Of a stretch of DNA of 64,000 nt, positions 54,211 through 62,589 are shown piece after piece. Position 1 is the first letter of the stretch; the number at the start of each line of letters is the position of its first letter. Origin of the DNA: a virus; the IMG/VR virus record IMGVR_UViG_3300025834_000005. One strand, given 5' to 3'. The notes under the pieces are model-generated. The model made no database searches and was not told the origin of the DNA. It was given only the letters and a program-made list of their open reading frames with translations. The position numbers and the translations under genes were made by a program.

Positions 54211-54687
54211 TTAAAATCTAATAGATGATACCTCGATAAACTCATCATTTTTTAGTATTATCTTTCGTCTGCTAAATATCTCTTTAACTCTCTCCAATGT
54301 CATTCCATAATGAAATACAAGTAGAGGCTTATCTTCCGAAGCTTCGATAAGTTTTTCGAATTGCTCATAGCCGTTATCGCTTTCTCTCTCAGTTTCATAT
54401 GCTAATGCATGTATAGTGTGAACACCATGCATGTATTCACGTGTCACGTCATCATGCAGACAAAATAAATCAAATGATGATGTTTTTAAACTTATGATAG
54501 CACCGATATATTCCTCTGCTGGTGGTATAGCGTTTCCATATGCTGGAATTAAATCCCAACACCATTCCTTAACCTCTATATTCGTAGGATCGTTTGAAAA
54601 GATAAATTCAAAAAGACCATCGCCCTTTGAATTATAACCTATTTTTAAAACATATATTAACTGCAAACCTTCTTCATCGTATTCCAT
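54211..54687 (-). CDS. Hypothetical protein (158 aa) immediately upstream of terL; small-terminase position
   Basis: 10-nt gap to terL, with a late-type variant motif 13 nt upstream. No TerS motif recognised, so the call rests on position only. Confidence 0.35.
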   Translation of the reverse strand: MEYDEEGLQLIYVLKIGYNSKGDGLFEFIFSNDPTNIEVKEWCWDLIPAYGNAIPPAEEYIGAIISLKTSSFDLFCLHDDVTREYMHGVHTIHALAYETERESDNGYEQFEKLIEASEDKPLLVFHYGMTLERVKEIFSRRKIILKNDEFIEVSSIRF

Positions 54688-54700
54688 AACATTACTTTTA

Positions 54701-54710
54701 TATTAAATAG
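54701..54710 (-). promoter_or_regulatory. Late-promoter-like motif, variant CTATTTAATA
   Basis: 13 nt before the ATG of 54211..54687 (start of the terL operon). Follows a terminator. Confidence 0.35.
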
Positions 54711-54741
54711 TGTCTAATTTGTTTTTTACAATTTTTTATAA

Positions 54742-54776
54742 AAAACAAATGCCTCTATATAAGAGGCATTTGTTTT
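54742..54776 (-). terminator. Intrinsic terminator after the 861-aa gene
   Basis: aaaacaaatgcctct-N5-agaggcatttgtttt. Confidence 0.75.
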
Positions 54777-54793
54777 ATTTTCAATAATATTAA

Positions 54794-57379
54794 TTACTTT
54801 TTGTTCAATTTGATGAATTCAGCATACTGTTTATTAATAACAGCATCCAATCTTTTCATTTGCGGCGATTTAGCACTTTCGCTTAATCTTGCTTTCTTTT
54901 TTCCAGTCACTTCAAGTAAATGGTTTTGAACATATGTTTTGAAAACATCTTCAACTGTTTCATTTACTTTAGCTTTCTTTTTAGCTTTACCTTCGTTCAT
55001 CGTAACGTTTACTGTTTTTGACTGTGCGTCAACATTAACATTAACGCCAGCACCTGTGCTTACAGTTGCTAACGGCGACGGTGAAACTGCTCCGAGTGAT
55101 TGTGTGTCAGTTGCGAACATACTTTCAGGTTCGGTTTCGTTGGTATCGCCAACAGTATCGATATCAGGCTCGGTACTATCTTCCTTTCCAAGATCAATAT
55201 CTTCAATATTTTCAAGATCGTCATCAGCCTCATTAATACCATCTGATGCACCTGCAACAACATATGTTGCATCATTTCCGTATACATGATTAACACCAGC
55301 ATTCATCTTTTTGGCATATGCATCAGCTTCTTCTTTAGTATCGAAACCTTGTTTAAGTGTTCCTTTATCGTCTTTCTTATATTTATCCTTTTTAAAGTTT
55401 ACTTTGAATGGAAGATCATCCTCTTCTTTAATTAAAGTGTTACCACCCTCAAGTTCACCCTCATTTTGAGCATTAAACTTGCTTAGGTTTGTTTCGCCAT
55501 TAGGTACTCTTAATTGATTGCTTAATGTGTGCAATACAGAAGCATAGTTTACAGGTTTTCCACCGTTTTTAACGGTTGCAGCGTTCAATGCATCGATCTT
55601 TGCTTTCAACTCCTGAGCAATTTTAGCTACAGCACCGACAGCTGAATTCTGATTGCTATTTCTATAATCCTTTTCAACACTCTTATAAGCGTCTTTAGCA
55701 CCATTCGCTACAGCGTTAGCTGCATTACCTACGCCAGTTGCCACATTGTTAGCAGCACCAGCAACAGCATTACCCACACCCTTAGCGGCATTACCCACAC
55801 CAGTTGCTACATTGTTAGCAGCACCAGCAACAGCGTTACCCACACCCTTGGCAGCACCAGCAACAGCACCAGCACCTTTTCCAGCTAATTTACCAACACC
55901 TCTACCAACAGCACCAGCAAGATTCCCCCAGTTTAATTCATTAATCTTCAACTGTTTGTCTTCGTCTGTTGATTCGCTTAGTTTCATGATCTCTGGTTTA
56001 AGAACCTCATTAACATAAGTTTCGTGACCATAATCGTTTACTAATGATTCGTTTACGTCGTCATTGGTGTATAATGAAACTGTTTCAGCGTCGCCGTTAT
56101 TTTTTCCGTCTTTATGTGCGTTAGCATAACCAGAAATAAGACTTCCCATTTCATCGTCGCCACATTCCATAATGCTTTCTTTTGTGTAACCTCTTGATTC
56201 TGCGTATTGAACAAATCCACCGCACTCATTACAAGTCTCTGCGTTTTCATTCATTCTCATTACCTGATTCAATGGTATATTATATCCGTTTGGATCAATA
56301 ACTGGTTCTGATTCGCCAGTTTCTTCATTTGGGACATATTCAATTTCAAGCCAGTCAGATGTTTTTGGATCATCTGAACCAAATGCATCACGTACTTTTG
56401 CTGAATCTCCTGAACTATCTATCATAATCTCATATCCGCCACTATTTGATACAGTATACGACCCGTTTGGTGTGAATTCCTCGTCGCCGAATCCAGCTGT
56501 TTCATCAACTTCGTCTGGCATGCTATTTTCAAGGTCTTGTTCGCCACCAGTATTTGTTTTTAATATTTTGTTTGCAATCTCTTTTCTATCTTCAACCTCA
56601 ATTTCAGGTAGTTTGTCTTTAAAAGATGCTACAAGTGAAGCTAAATATGATTTGGTTTGTTCAGGAGTCATTTCAGCTTTTCTGATGGTGTTTGTTAACT
56701 TGCCAATTGATTTCTCAATCGCCTTATTAATGTCATCGCCCTCAGCACCTTCTTCGCCACCCATATCGGCAGGCATTTCTTCACCGCTCATATCAGCAGG
56801 CATCTCATCACCCATTTCTCCACCAGCACCCATATCGCCAGCACCGTCGCTCATATCAGCACCCATACCTGTTTCTGCTCCCATTTCGTCGCCAGCACCC
56901 ATGTTACCGCCATCATTAGCAGTAATTTCTGGTGATGCTTTTTCAGCGGCTGTTGCTGCTTCAAGATTATCTAAAGAATCTTCAGATTTTTCAATTTCAT
57001 CACCAGCAATATCTTCATTTAGAACCATTTTGCTAACATTACCGTTAACTTTGATCCCAGATGCTCTATTCATATCGGTAATCATGAAATTTCTCTGTTT
57101 TTCAGATTCAGCAAGCGTTGAAAATTGGAATGATGTGATATTCTCAAGTCCACCAATGTATGTAAAATCTGATGCGTCTGGATTTAATTTTGTACCACCT
57201 CTTTTTATGTAATAGTTATGGTTTTCCTTAATAATACCAAAGGCGATCCCTTCATTATTTCTCTTAATGTCTACCAAAGTACCGATATTTCTATCGTTGA
57301 TTTTAGCTTTAAAATCCTTTATTTCAGATAATTCTTGAAGTCTGTTGTAGAACGCTTCTTTAGATGTATTTTTTTTCAT
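54794..57379 (-). CDS. Acidic low-complexity protein (861 aa) with tandem GVGNAVAGAANNVAT repeats
   Basis: Long ORF with the late-type motif 41 nt upstream. G/M/D/E/P-rich tract, CNECGG...MECGDD Cys pairs, and a duplicated 22-aa unit. Confidence 0.6.
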   Translation of the reverse strand: MKKNTSKEAFYNRLQELSEIKDFKAKINDRNIGTLVDIKRNNEGIAFGIIKENHNYYIKRGGTKLNPDASDFTYIGGLENITSFQFSTLAESEKQRNFMITDMNRASGIKVNGNVSKMVLNEDIAGDEIEKSEDSLDNLEAATAAEKASPEITANDGGNMGAGDEMGAETGMGADMSDGAGDMGAGGEMGDEMPADMSGEEMPADMGGEEGAEGDDINKAIEKSIGKLTNTIRKAEMTPEQTKSYLASLVASFKDKLPEIEVEDRKEIANKILKTNTGGEQDLENSMPDEVDETAGFGDEEFTPNGSYTVSNSGGYEIMIDSSGDSAKVRDAFGSDDPKTSDWLEIEYVPNEETGESEPVIDPNGYNIPLNQVMRMNENAETCNECGGFVQYAESRGYTKESIMECGDDEMGSLISGYANAHKDGKNNGDAETVSLYTNDDVNESLVNDYGHETYVNEVLKPEIMKLSESTDEDKQLKINELNWGNLAGAVGRGVGKLAGKGAGAVAGAAKGVGNAVAGAANNVATGVGNAAKGVGNAVAGAANNVATGVGNAANAVANGAKDAYKSVEKDYRNSNQNSAVGAVAKIAQELKAKIDALNAATVKNGGKPVNYASVLHTLSNQLRVPNGETNLSKFNAQNEGELEGGNTLIKEEDDLPFKVNFKKDKYKKDDKGTLKQGFDTKEEADAYAKKMNAGVNHVYGNDATYVVAGASDGINEADDDLENIEDIDLGKEDSTEPDIDTVGDTNETEPESMFATDTQSLGAVSPSPLATVSTGAGVNVNVDAQSKTVNVTMNEGKAKKKAKVNETVEDVFKTYVQNHLLEVTGKKKARLSESAKSPQMKRLDAVINKQYAEFIKLNKK
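55718..55850 (-). repeat. Direct 66-nt tandem duplication inside the 861-aa gene
   Basis: ccagttgc(c/t)acattgttagcagcaccagcaacagc(a/g)ttacccacaccctt starts at 55734 and again at 55800. It encodes KGVGNAVAGAANNVATGVGNAA twice. Confidence 0.8.
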
Positions 57380-57420
57380 TGTAAAATTTTTATCTTTTTA
57401 TTTCTTATTTACTAAGTTTT

Positions 57421-57430
57421 ATATAAATAG
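57421..57430 (-). promoter_or_regulatory. Late-promoter-like motif CTATTTATAT
   Basis: 41 nt before the ATG of the 861-aa gene. Confidence 0.45.
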
Positions 57431-57473
57431 TTTATTTTTTAGTAAAATAAACAATATCTTATTTTTTATTACT

Positions 57474-58241
57474 TTACTGATCTAAAGTCAGTTCATCGTC
57501 AAGTCTCTTATTTTTCTCTTCTATCAATTTTCTTAAATAGCCATTATTTCGTAAAATCTTGAAGACCAGATTTTCTACAGAGTACTCACCGTTAGCATCC
57601 AAGCCTGCTTTTCTATATTTTTTTAGTTTATTTAGGAATTTAGTATAAGATTTGTAGAAGTGATTATTATCCTTTATTGTGCCAAGTTCATCGATTGCAT
57701 CCATTATTTCATTTGCCTTTGTCATAATGGCACTCGTATCAATGTTTACAATTTTTTTTATTGGTTTTGCAAGCCACTCGTTTTTAATTAAAGAGTATAT
57801 ACCAGTCGATCTATGAGACTCTTTAGAATCTTGAACATATGTCTCAACATCATACCCTTTTACGGTTATCTCATGCTTATTAGACCATAAGTCCTTTTTT
57901 AATTTAAAGTAGTCATTTACGAACTCTTCGTTGTCAGATACCTGATCATAATCAAGTATGATATGTATGTCAATATCAGATGTTTCATTATAGTTATAAT
58001 TAGCCATGCTACCAGTTAATACAATATCATGATACTTCAAATTCTCAATATCGCAAAACTCTAAAAAACGTTTTACATTTAAAAGTAGTTGTTTTCTAAT
58101 CTCTGGCTTTAGATTATTTGATTCATCCCATATGGCTGGGTTTAGAACATCTTTCATTTTTAAAGCAGTTGCATCAACCTCTTCAGGCTGTAATACTTCT
58201 TTAATTAGCTTTGTGACATTACCTTTATTAATATGATTCAT
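57474..58241 (-). CDS. Pol-beta-superfamily nucleotidyltransferase-fold protein (KNTase-sized)
   Basis: LTGSMANYNYNETSDIDIHIILDYD matches the G-S-x(9-10)-S-D-I-D NTase signature. The C-terminal half is helical. Confidence 0.55.
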   Translation of the reverse strand: MNHINKGNVTKLIKEVLQPEEVDATALKMKDVLNPAIWDESNNLKPEIRKQLLLNVKRFLEFCDIENLKYHDIVLTGSMANYNYNETSDIDIHIILDYDQVSDNEEFVNDYFKLKKDLWSNKHEITVKGYDVETYVQDSKESHRSTGIYSLIKNEWLAKPIKKIVNIDTSAIMTKANEIMDAIDELGTIKDNNHFYKSYTKFLNKLKKYRKAGLDANGEYSVENLVFKILRNNGYLRKLIEEKNKRLDDELTLDQ

Positions 58242-58284
58242 TTCTGATTATTTATTGTTTCGAATATTCAACGTAATTTTTTTA

Positions 58285-58294
58285 TTATAAATAC
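58285..58294 (-). promoter_or_regulatory. Late-promoter-like motif GTATTTATAA
   Basis: 43 nt before the ATG of the NTase-fold gene. Divergent from the next motif. Confidence 0.4.
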
Positions 58295-58316
58295 AGTCCT
58301 ATAATATATTAAATCA

Positions 58317-58326
58317 GTATTTATAT
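58317..58326 (+). promoter_or_regulatory. Late-promoter-like motif GTATTTATAT
   Basis: CAGTATTTATATAT, 22 nt before the ATG at 58349. Confidence 0.5.
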
Positions 58327-58348
58327 ATTAAAAACATTTAAACCATAA

Positions 58349-60046
58349 ATGAGTATAAATAAAGAGTTAATAAACAGTCTGGCGGTTAATATCGATATTA
58401 GCGATAATAAATCGTGGAATCTTGGCAATGAGTACATTGTCAAAAGTATTAATGGAATTAATTCCGTAAAGGTTAATGAATTAACTTTGCCAGATTTTGG
58501 TTTAACTGGTATTGATAATGGTAGAGTGCCTCATATTGGCGATGGCTATTATATTAATCCTTCCGATAATAAATTAATTCTAAAAAGAGTTGGCTATTAT
58601 TCGGTGTCTGGTGACACCATTAATTATGATGGCTATGAGGTGAATCCTGTTACAGGCACAACTGTGGGAAATTATCTTAGTCTTGTCGATGGATATTTTC
58701 AAGGATTCTTCAAATTAAATGGCTATGATTATGAATTATTACCTGCTCGTTATAATAATGGTATAACAATTGAAACTTTAATCGAAATATTGCCTGAAAG
58801 TGCTGGCATATTCTATTCGATGGGTCTTAGATCAGAAGATAAATATTCTCAAGCATATTACGGTGAAACATATATTGTAAGCGGAACAACCATAGCATAT
58901 AACGGAAACTTATCAGGCACAACATATACTTTAACAGGTGTTACAACATCAATGGGTCATTACCTTGCTGGGTATGACAAATTAGATGCAACGTATTCTA
59001 ACTTTAGACAGCCAGAAGATTCAAAGGTTGTTATTGATCTTGACATTTTACAGGTTGAAAACATTAAAAACAATATCATTGCTTTTGAGATCACAAGTGA
59101 TAAAAGAGTTGGCTGTAAATATGTTAATTCGGATGGGAATTTAATTCAGATTTGTTCACCAAATACCATAACCAGAACAGGCTGGACATTAATAGATATT
59201 GTGTTCACTCCTGATAATCTTATTGCTAATTACGATCCTGATAAAGCTCAATGCTATAAGCAGAGAAAAGGCACATTAAGCATTTATCTTAACGGCGGTT
59301 TATTCTGGTCAATAACTAATTTTGATGAATTTTATTTTAGGGGTATAAAAAACGATGATGAAAAACAACTTGGTATACCTTATAATATAAGCTGGGGTGG
59401 CGGAACATTTGGGTTGAAACATTCATTGCATTATACAGACTTCGATAAGACTTCGTTAACTCTTGATCCTTCTAAATATGATCAGTTTATGGAGCATAAC
59501 TTCGATAGTTCATATATTGGTAATATTCAGATTCTTAGAGTGTATGATAAAGCACTTGTGAATGATGAGGTTCGAAAAAATGCATTACTTTTAGCGTTAT
59601 CCAATGAGTTCTACGGAATGCCTATGTTGAGAGGCGGCAGATTAATAAACAGATTAAGTCAGAATATTGCTGTGTATCAAATAAATGCTGGGTCTGATAT
59701 CAGAAAATCTATAAAATATAGAAATACCGACGGTACATATAAAAACTTGTTTGGTATGCTTGACATAAAAGTAGTTATAAAGAGTAGAAGCAATCCATCA
59801 GTCGAAATTGTTAAGTATAAAAAGATGGCAGAAACTGGATGGATTTCATTAATTTATGTTAATGATTATCTGTATGACTTTATTGTTCCTAATGATATAA
59901 CTGCATTATATCCTAATGAGGTGCTATTCGCCGAGATTAAATTCCAATGGACTGATTTATCAGATATCGATGGCGTTTATGATAAGATATTTATAACGAA
60001 TATTATTAATACTGGCTTGGTTGATAATTCAGTAAAAAATTATTAA
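58349..60046 (+). CDS. Fibre/baseplate protein with a LamG/ConA-like lectin domain
   Basis: GTLSIYLNGGLFW....WGGGTFGL....GNIQILRVYDKALVNDEVRKN resembles Laminin-G-type jelly-roll signatures. A perfect late motif lies 22 nt upstream. Confidence 0.55.
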   Translation: MSINKELINSLAVNIDISDNKSWNLGNEYIVKSINGINSVKVNELTLPDFGLTGIDNGRVPHIGDGYYINPSDNKLILKRVGYYSVSGDTINYDGYEVNPVTGTTVGNYLSLVDGYFQGFFKLNGYDYELLPARYNNGITIETLIEILPESAGIFYSMGLRSEDKYSQAYYGETYIVSGTTIAYNGNLSGTTYTLTGVTTSMGHYLAGYDKLDATYSNFRQPEDSKVVIDLDILQVENIKNNIIAFEITSDKRVGCKYVNSDGNLIQICSPNTITRTGWTLIDIVFTPDNLIANYDPDKAQCYKQRKGTLSIYLNGGLFWSITNFDEFYFRGIKNDDEKQLGIPYNISWGGGTFGLKHSLHYTDFDKTSLTLDPSKYDQFMEHNFDSSYIGNIQILRVYDKALVNDEVRKNALLLALSNEFYGMPMLRGGRLINRLSQNIAVYQINAGSDIRKSIKYRNTDGTYKNLFGMLDIKVVIKSRSNPSVEIVKYKKMAETGWISLIYVNDYLYDFIVPNDITALYPNEVLFAEIKFQWTDLSDIDGVYDKIFITNIINTGLVDNSVKNY

Positions 60047-60050
60047 TATA

Positions 60051-62588
60051 ATGGATAAAAACATTCTTGAATTTAGTGAATCAACAAATCAGTCGAATAA
60101 TAAAGTTACAGTTATTGAACTGGTGGATGTCTCAAAACCATCCAATGGTTTATCTGATAATGCTGGCGATATATTAATAATATCTGATAATTTAAATCCA
60201 TCTACAATATTAACTGATCCATCAAAAGCATTATCTATAAACTACACGCCCGTAAATGGTATGGTATCGATAAACGTTCAGGATGCTATTGATGAGTCGC
60301 AATCATATAACTTGCAATTAATTAGTGAATTTACAGAACATGCTGATGATGTCGCTATACATTACCCAATGTCTGGTATTACCATAACAGAATCACAGAT
60401 AACTGGTTTGCTCGATAATTTAGATTCTAAATCAGATACTGGACACACTCATAATTATGACACAATAAATAATGTGCCAAATCTAACGGTTTATCAGTCT
60501 ATTAGCGGCTTTACGGAACATGTTGATGATATTAATATACATTATCATCAGTCAGGCATTACAATCACGGAATCCCAAGTAACTAATTTGATTGATGATT
60601 TAAATTCTAAGTCAGATACAGGACATACGCATAATTATGACATAATAACCAATATTCCTGATTTATCGGTTTATCAATCAGTTAGTGGCTTTACGGAGCA
60701 TGTCGATGATGTTAGTATACATTATCCTCAGTCTGGCATCACAATTACAGAGTCACAGGTGACTGGCTTGCTTAATAAATATAGTTTATCTGGACATACT
60801 CATGATCAATATTTGATATCATCCGATTTAAATGAATATGCGACCATTGTAGAAACTGAAAGTCTTATCAATGGTGCTGTTTCTGGTTTAACATCTTCAT
60901 GGACTGAGATAACTGATAAACCCTCATGGCTTTCAGGTGATACTATGGGTGAATTTCAAACGAGTCATACGCATAATTATGATAATTTAGATAATCTGCC
61001 TAATTTATTTGATGGTAATTATATCTCATTGTCTGGTACGCCAGATTTAGCTGTTTACCAATCCGTTAGTGGATTTACAGAGCATGTTGATGATATGGAT
61101 ATACACTTTACGCAGTCGGGTATTACTATTAATGAAAATCAGATTCTTAATTTAGTCGGCGATTTAGCTAATAAGGAAAACATCGGCATAGCTGCTCAAT
61201 TAATATCCGATCTAAAAAATGGCGTTATTAGTGATGGTGACACGTTGAAAAAATTATATAATTTAATCGTATCATCGTATAGCGAAGTTACCGTTGAAAC
61301 ATTAGCATTGCGTGATGCATATAATGTGACAAAACTACCTACAGCCGTATTTGTTCTTGATGATGGTGACGCTAAATGGGCATTATATAAAGCGATTACA
61401 ACAGGAACTACGGCAACATATGTGAAACTATCAGACCCTGATCTTTTAAACGCTGTGATGACGGCAACACAGATACAAGCAGCTTATGAAAGTAATACCG
61501 ATGTGAATCGATTCTCAGATGTTATAAAAGCCAAATTAGACTCAATAACCGCTATATTTACATCGGCATTGAAAACAGCTTATGATACTGCAAGTGATTG
61601 GATTGTAACCAACGGTGTAAACATATTAAATCATATTAGTATTATAGCTGGTAATCCTCATGGGACAACAAAATCTGATATTGGGTTAGGCAGCGTTGAT
61701 GATACATCCGACATGGGTAAACCCGTTAGCACCGCACAATCAACCGCAATTAACTCAAAACAAGATGCATTGCCAGACCAAACGGAAAATGTTGTTAAAT
61801 ATTTATCGAATAATGGAACGATATTAAGTTGGGAAATTGTAGAAGCTGGTGGTACTCCAACTGCATCGGTTACGCCATTTACATCGCAATTAAGTGTTAC
61901 AGTATCACATAACTTCGAAACATACCCAATGGTTGAGGTAATTGACTCTAATGGTGTTGTTTTAATACCAATGTCAATTATACATAATAATATTTCACCA
62001 TTGTTATGTACTGCCGTAACAATTACCTTTAGTGCTGCTGTAAGCGGATTTATAATATTAACATATGGAGCAATAAAAGGTAGTAAAGGTGATAAAGGAG
62101 ACACTGGTGCTGGGATGACTTTATTTGCTGGTGGTACTACAGGTCAAGCTTTAATTAAGGGAAGTATTGAAGACTATGTTTATGCTTGGGGTAATGCATT
62201 GGCTGGCCCTCTTACTGGTGATGTAACAACAACAGGATCAGGTGTTTCAACAACATTAAGCGATTCGGTTGTTTCTTACTCTAAGCTGTCGCAAAACTTA
62301 GTAAGTAGCTTAAGTAGTAATACTGGAATATATAACTTTTCAGCAAATGGGATCATAAATGCAACGTTGTCGGCTACCACAGCAATTACTTTTAATAATT
62401 TACAATTGAATAAAAGCATAAAAATGAAATTAACTATTTCTAACGGTGCTGTTATAACATTTCCAGCATATTGTATAAAAATGTCTGGAAGTCAGACGTT
62501 AGGCGATGGAATATTTTATTTATATTTTGATTGTTGGAATGTTGCAAACGGTACTGAATTAGTTATTTATAGTATAATGAAACAATAA
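60051..62588 (+). CDS. Long tail fibre with roughly 60-aa repeats carrying HxH (GHTHNYD) motifs
   Basis: Repeats VYQS(I/V)SGFTEHVDD..IHY.QSGITITESQVT.L.D.L.SKSDTGHTHNYD. Short collagen-like GSKGDKGDTGAG. Confidence 0.75.
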   Translation: MDKNILEFSESTNQSNNKVTVIELVDVSKPSNGLSDNAGDILIISDNLNPSTILTDPSKALSINYTPVNGMVSINVQDAIDESQSYNLQLISEFTEHADDVAIHYPMSGITITESQITGLLDNLDSKSDTGHTHNYDTINNVPNLTVYQSISGFTEHVDDINIHYHQSGITITESQVTNLIDDLNSKSDTGHTHNYDIITNIPDLSVYQSVSGFTEHVDDVSIHYPQSGITITESQVTGLLNKYSLSGHTHDQYLISSDLNEYATIVETESLINGAVSGLTSSWTEITDKPSWLSGDTMGEFQTSHTHNYDNLDNLPNLFDGNYISLSGTPDLAVYQSVSGFTEHVDDMDIHFTQSGITINENQILNLVGDLANKENIGIAAQLISDLKNGVISDGDTLKKLYNLIVSSYSEVTVETLALRDAYNVTKLPTAVFVLDDGDAKWALYKAITTGTTATYVKLSDPDLLNAVMTATQIQAAYESNTDVNRFSDVIKAKLDSITAIFTSALKTAYDTASDWIVTNGVNILNHISIIAGNPHGTTKSDIGLGSVDDTSDMGKPVSTAQSTAINSKQDALPDQTENVVKYLSNNGTILSWEIVEAGGTPTASVTPFTSQLSVTVSHNFETYPMVEVIDSNGVVLIPMSIIHNNISPLLCTAVTITFSAAVSGFIILTYGAIKGSKGDKGDTGAGMTLFAGGTTGQALIKGSIEDYVYAWGNALAGPLTGDVTTTGSGVSTTLSDSVVSYSKLSQNLVSSLSSNTGIYNFSANGIINATLSATTAITFNNLQLNKSIKMKLTISNGAVITFPAYCIKMSGSQTLGDGIFYLYFDCWNVANGTELVIYSIMKQ
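60309..60806 (+). repeat. About 2.75 in-frame tandem repeats of 180 nt (60 aa) in the long fibre; a further partial copy at 61053..61175
   Basis: Residues about 87-252, and 335-375 of the 845-aa protein. Confidence 0.8.
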
Positions 62589-62589
62589 T

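Noticed and set aside
56472-57212. 246-aa plus-strand ORF (S/P/A/I-rich) and neighbouring plus-strand ORFs 54939..55289 and 55746..56018.
   Set aside because: They lie entirely antisense to the 861-aa gene. Their composition is the mirror image of its G/A/D/E-rich codons, and they have no promoter motif or independent start context. They are an artefact of low-complexity coding on the other strand.
62079-62114. Collagen-like G-x-y run (GSKGDKGDTGAG) in the long fibre.
   Set aside because: It has only four triplets, too short to call a collagen domain. It is mentioned only as a fibre-typical feature.
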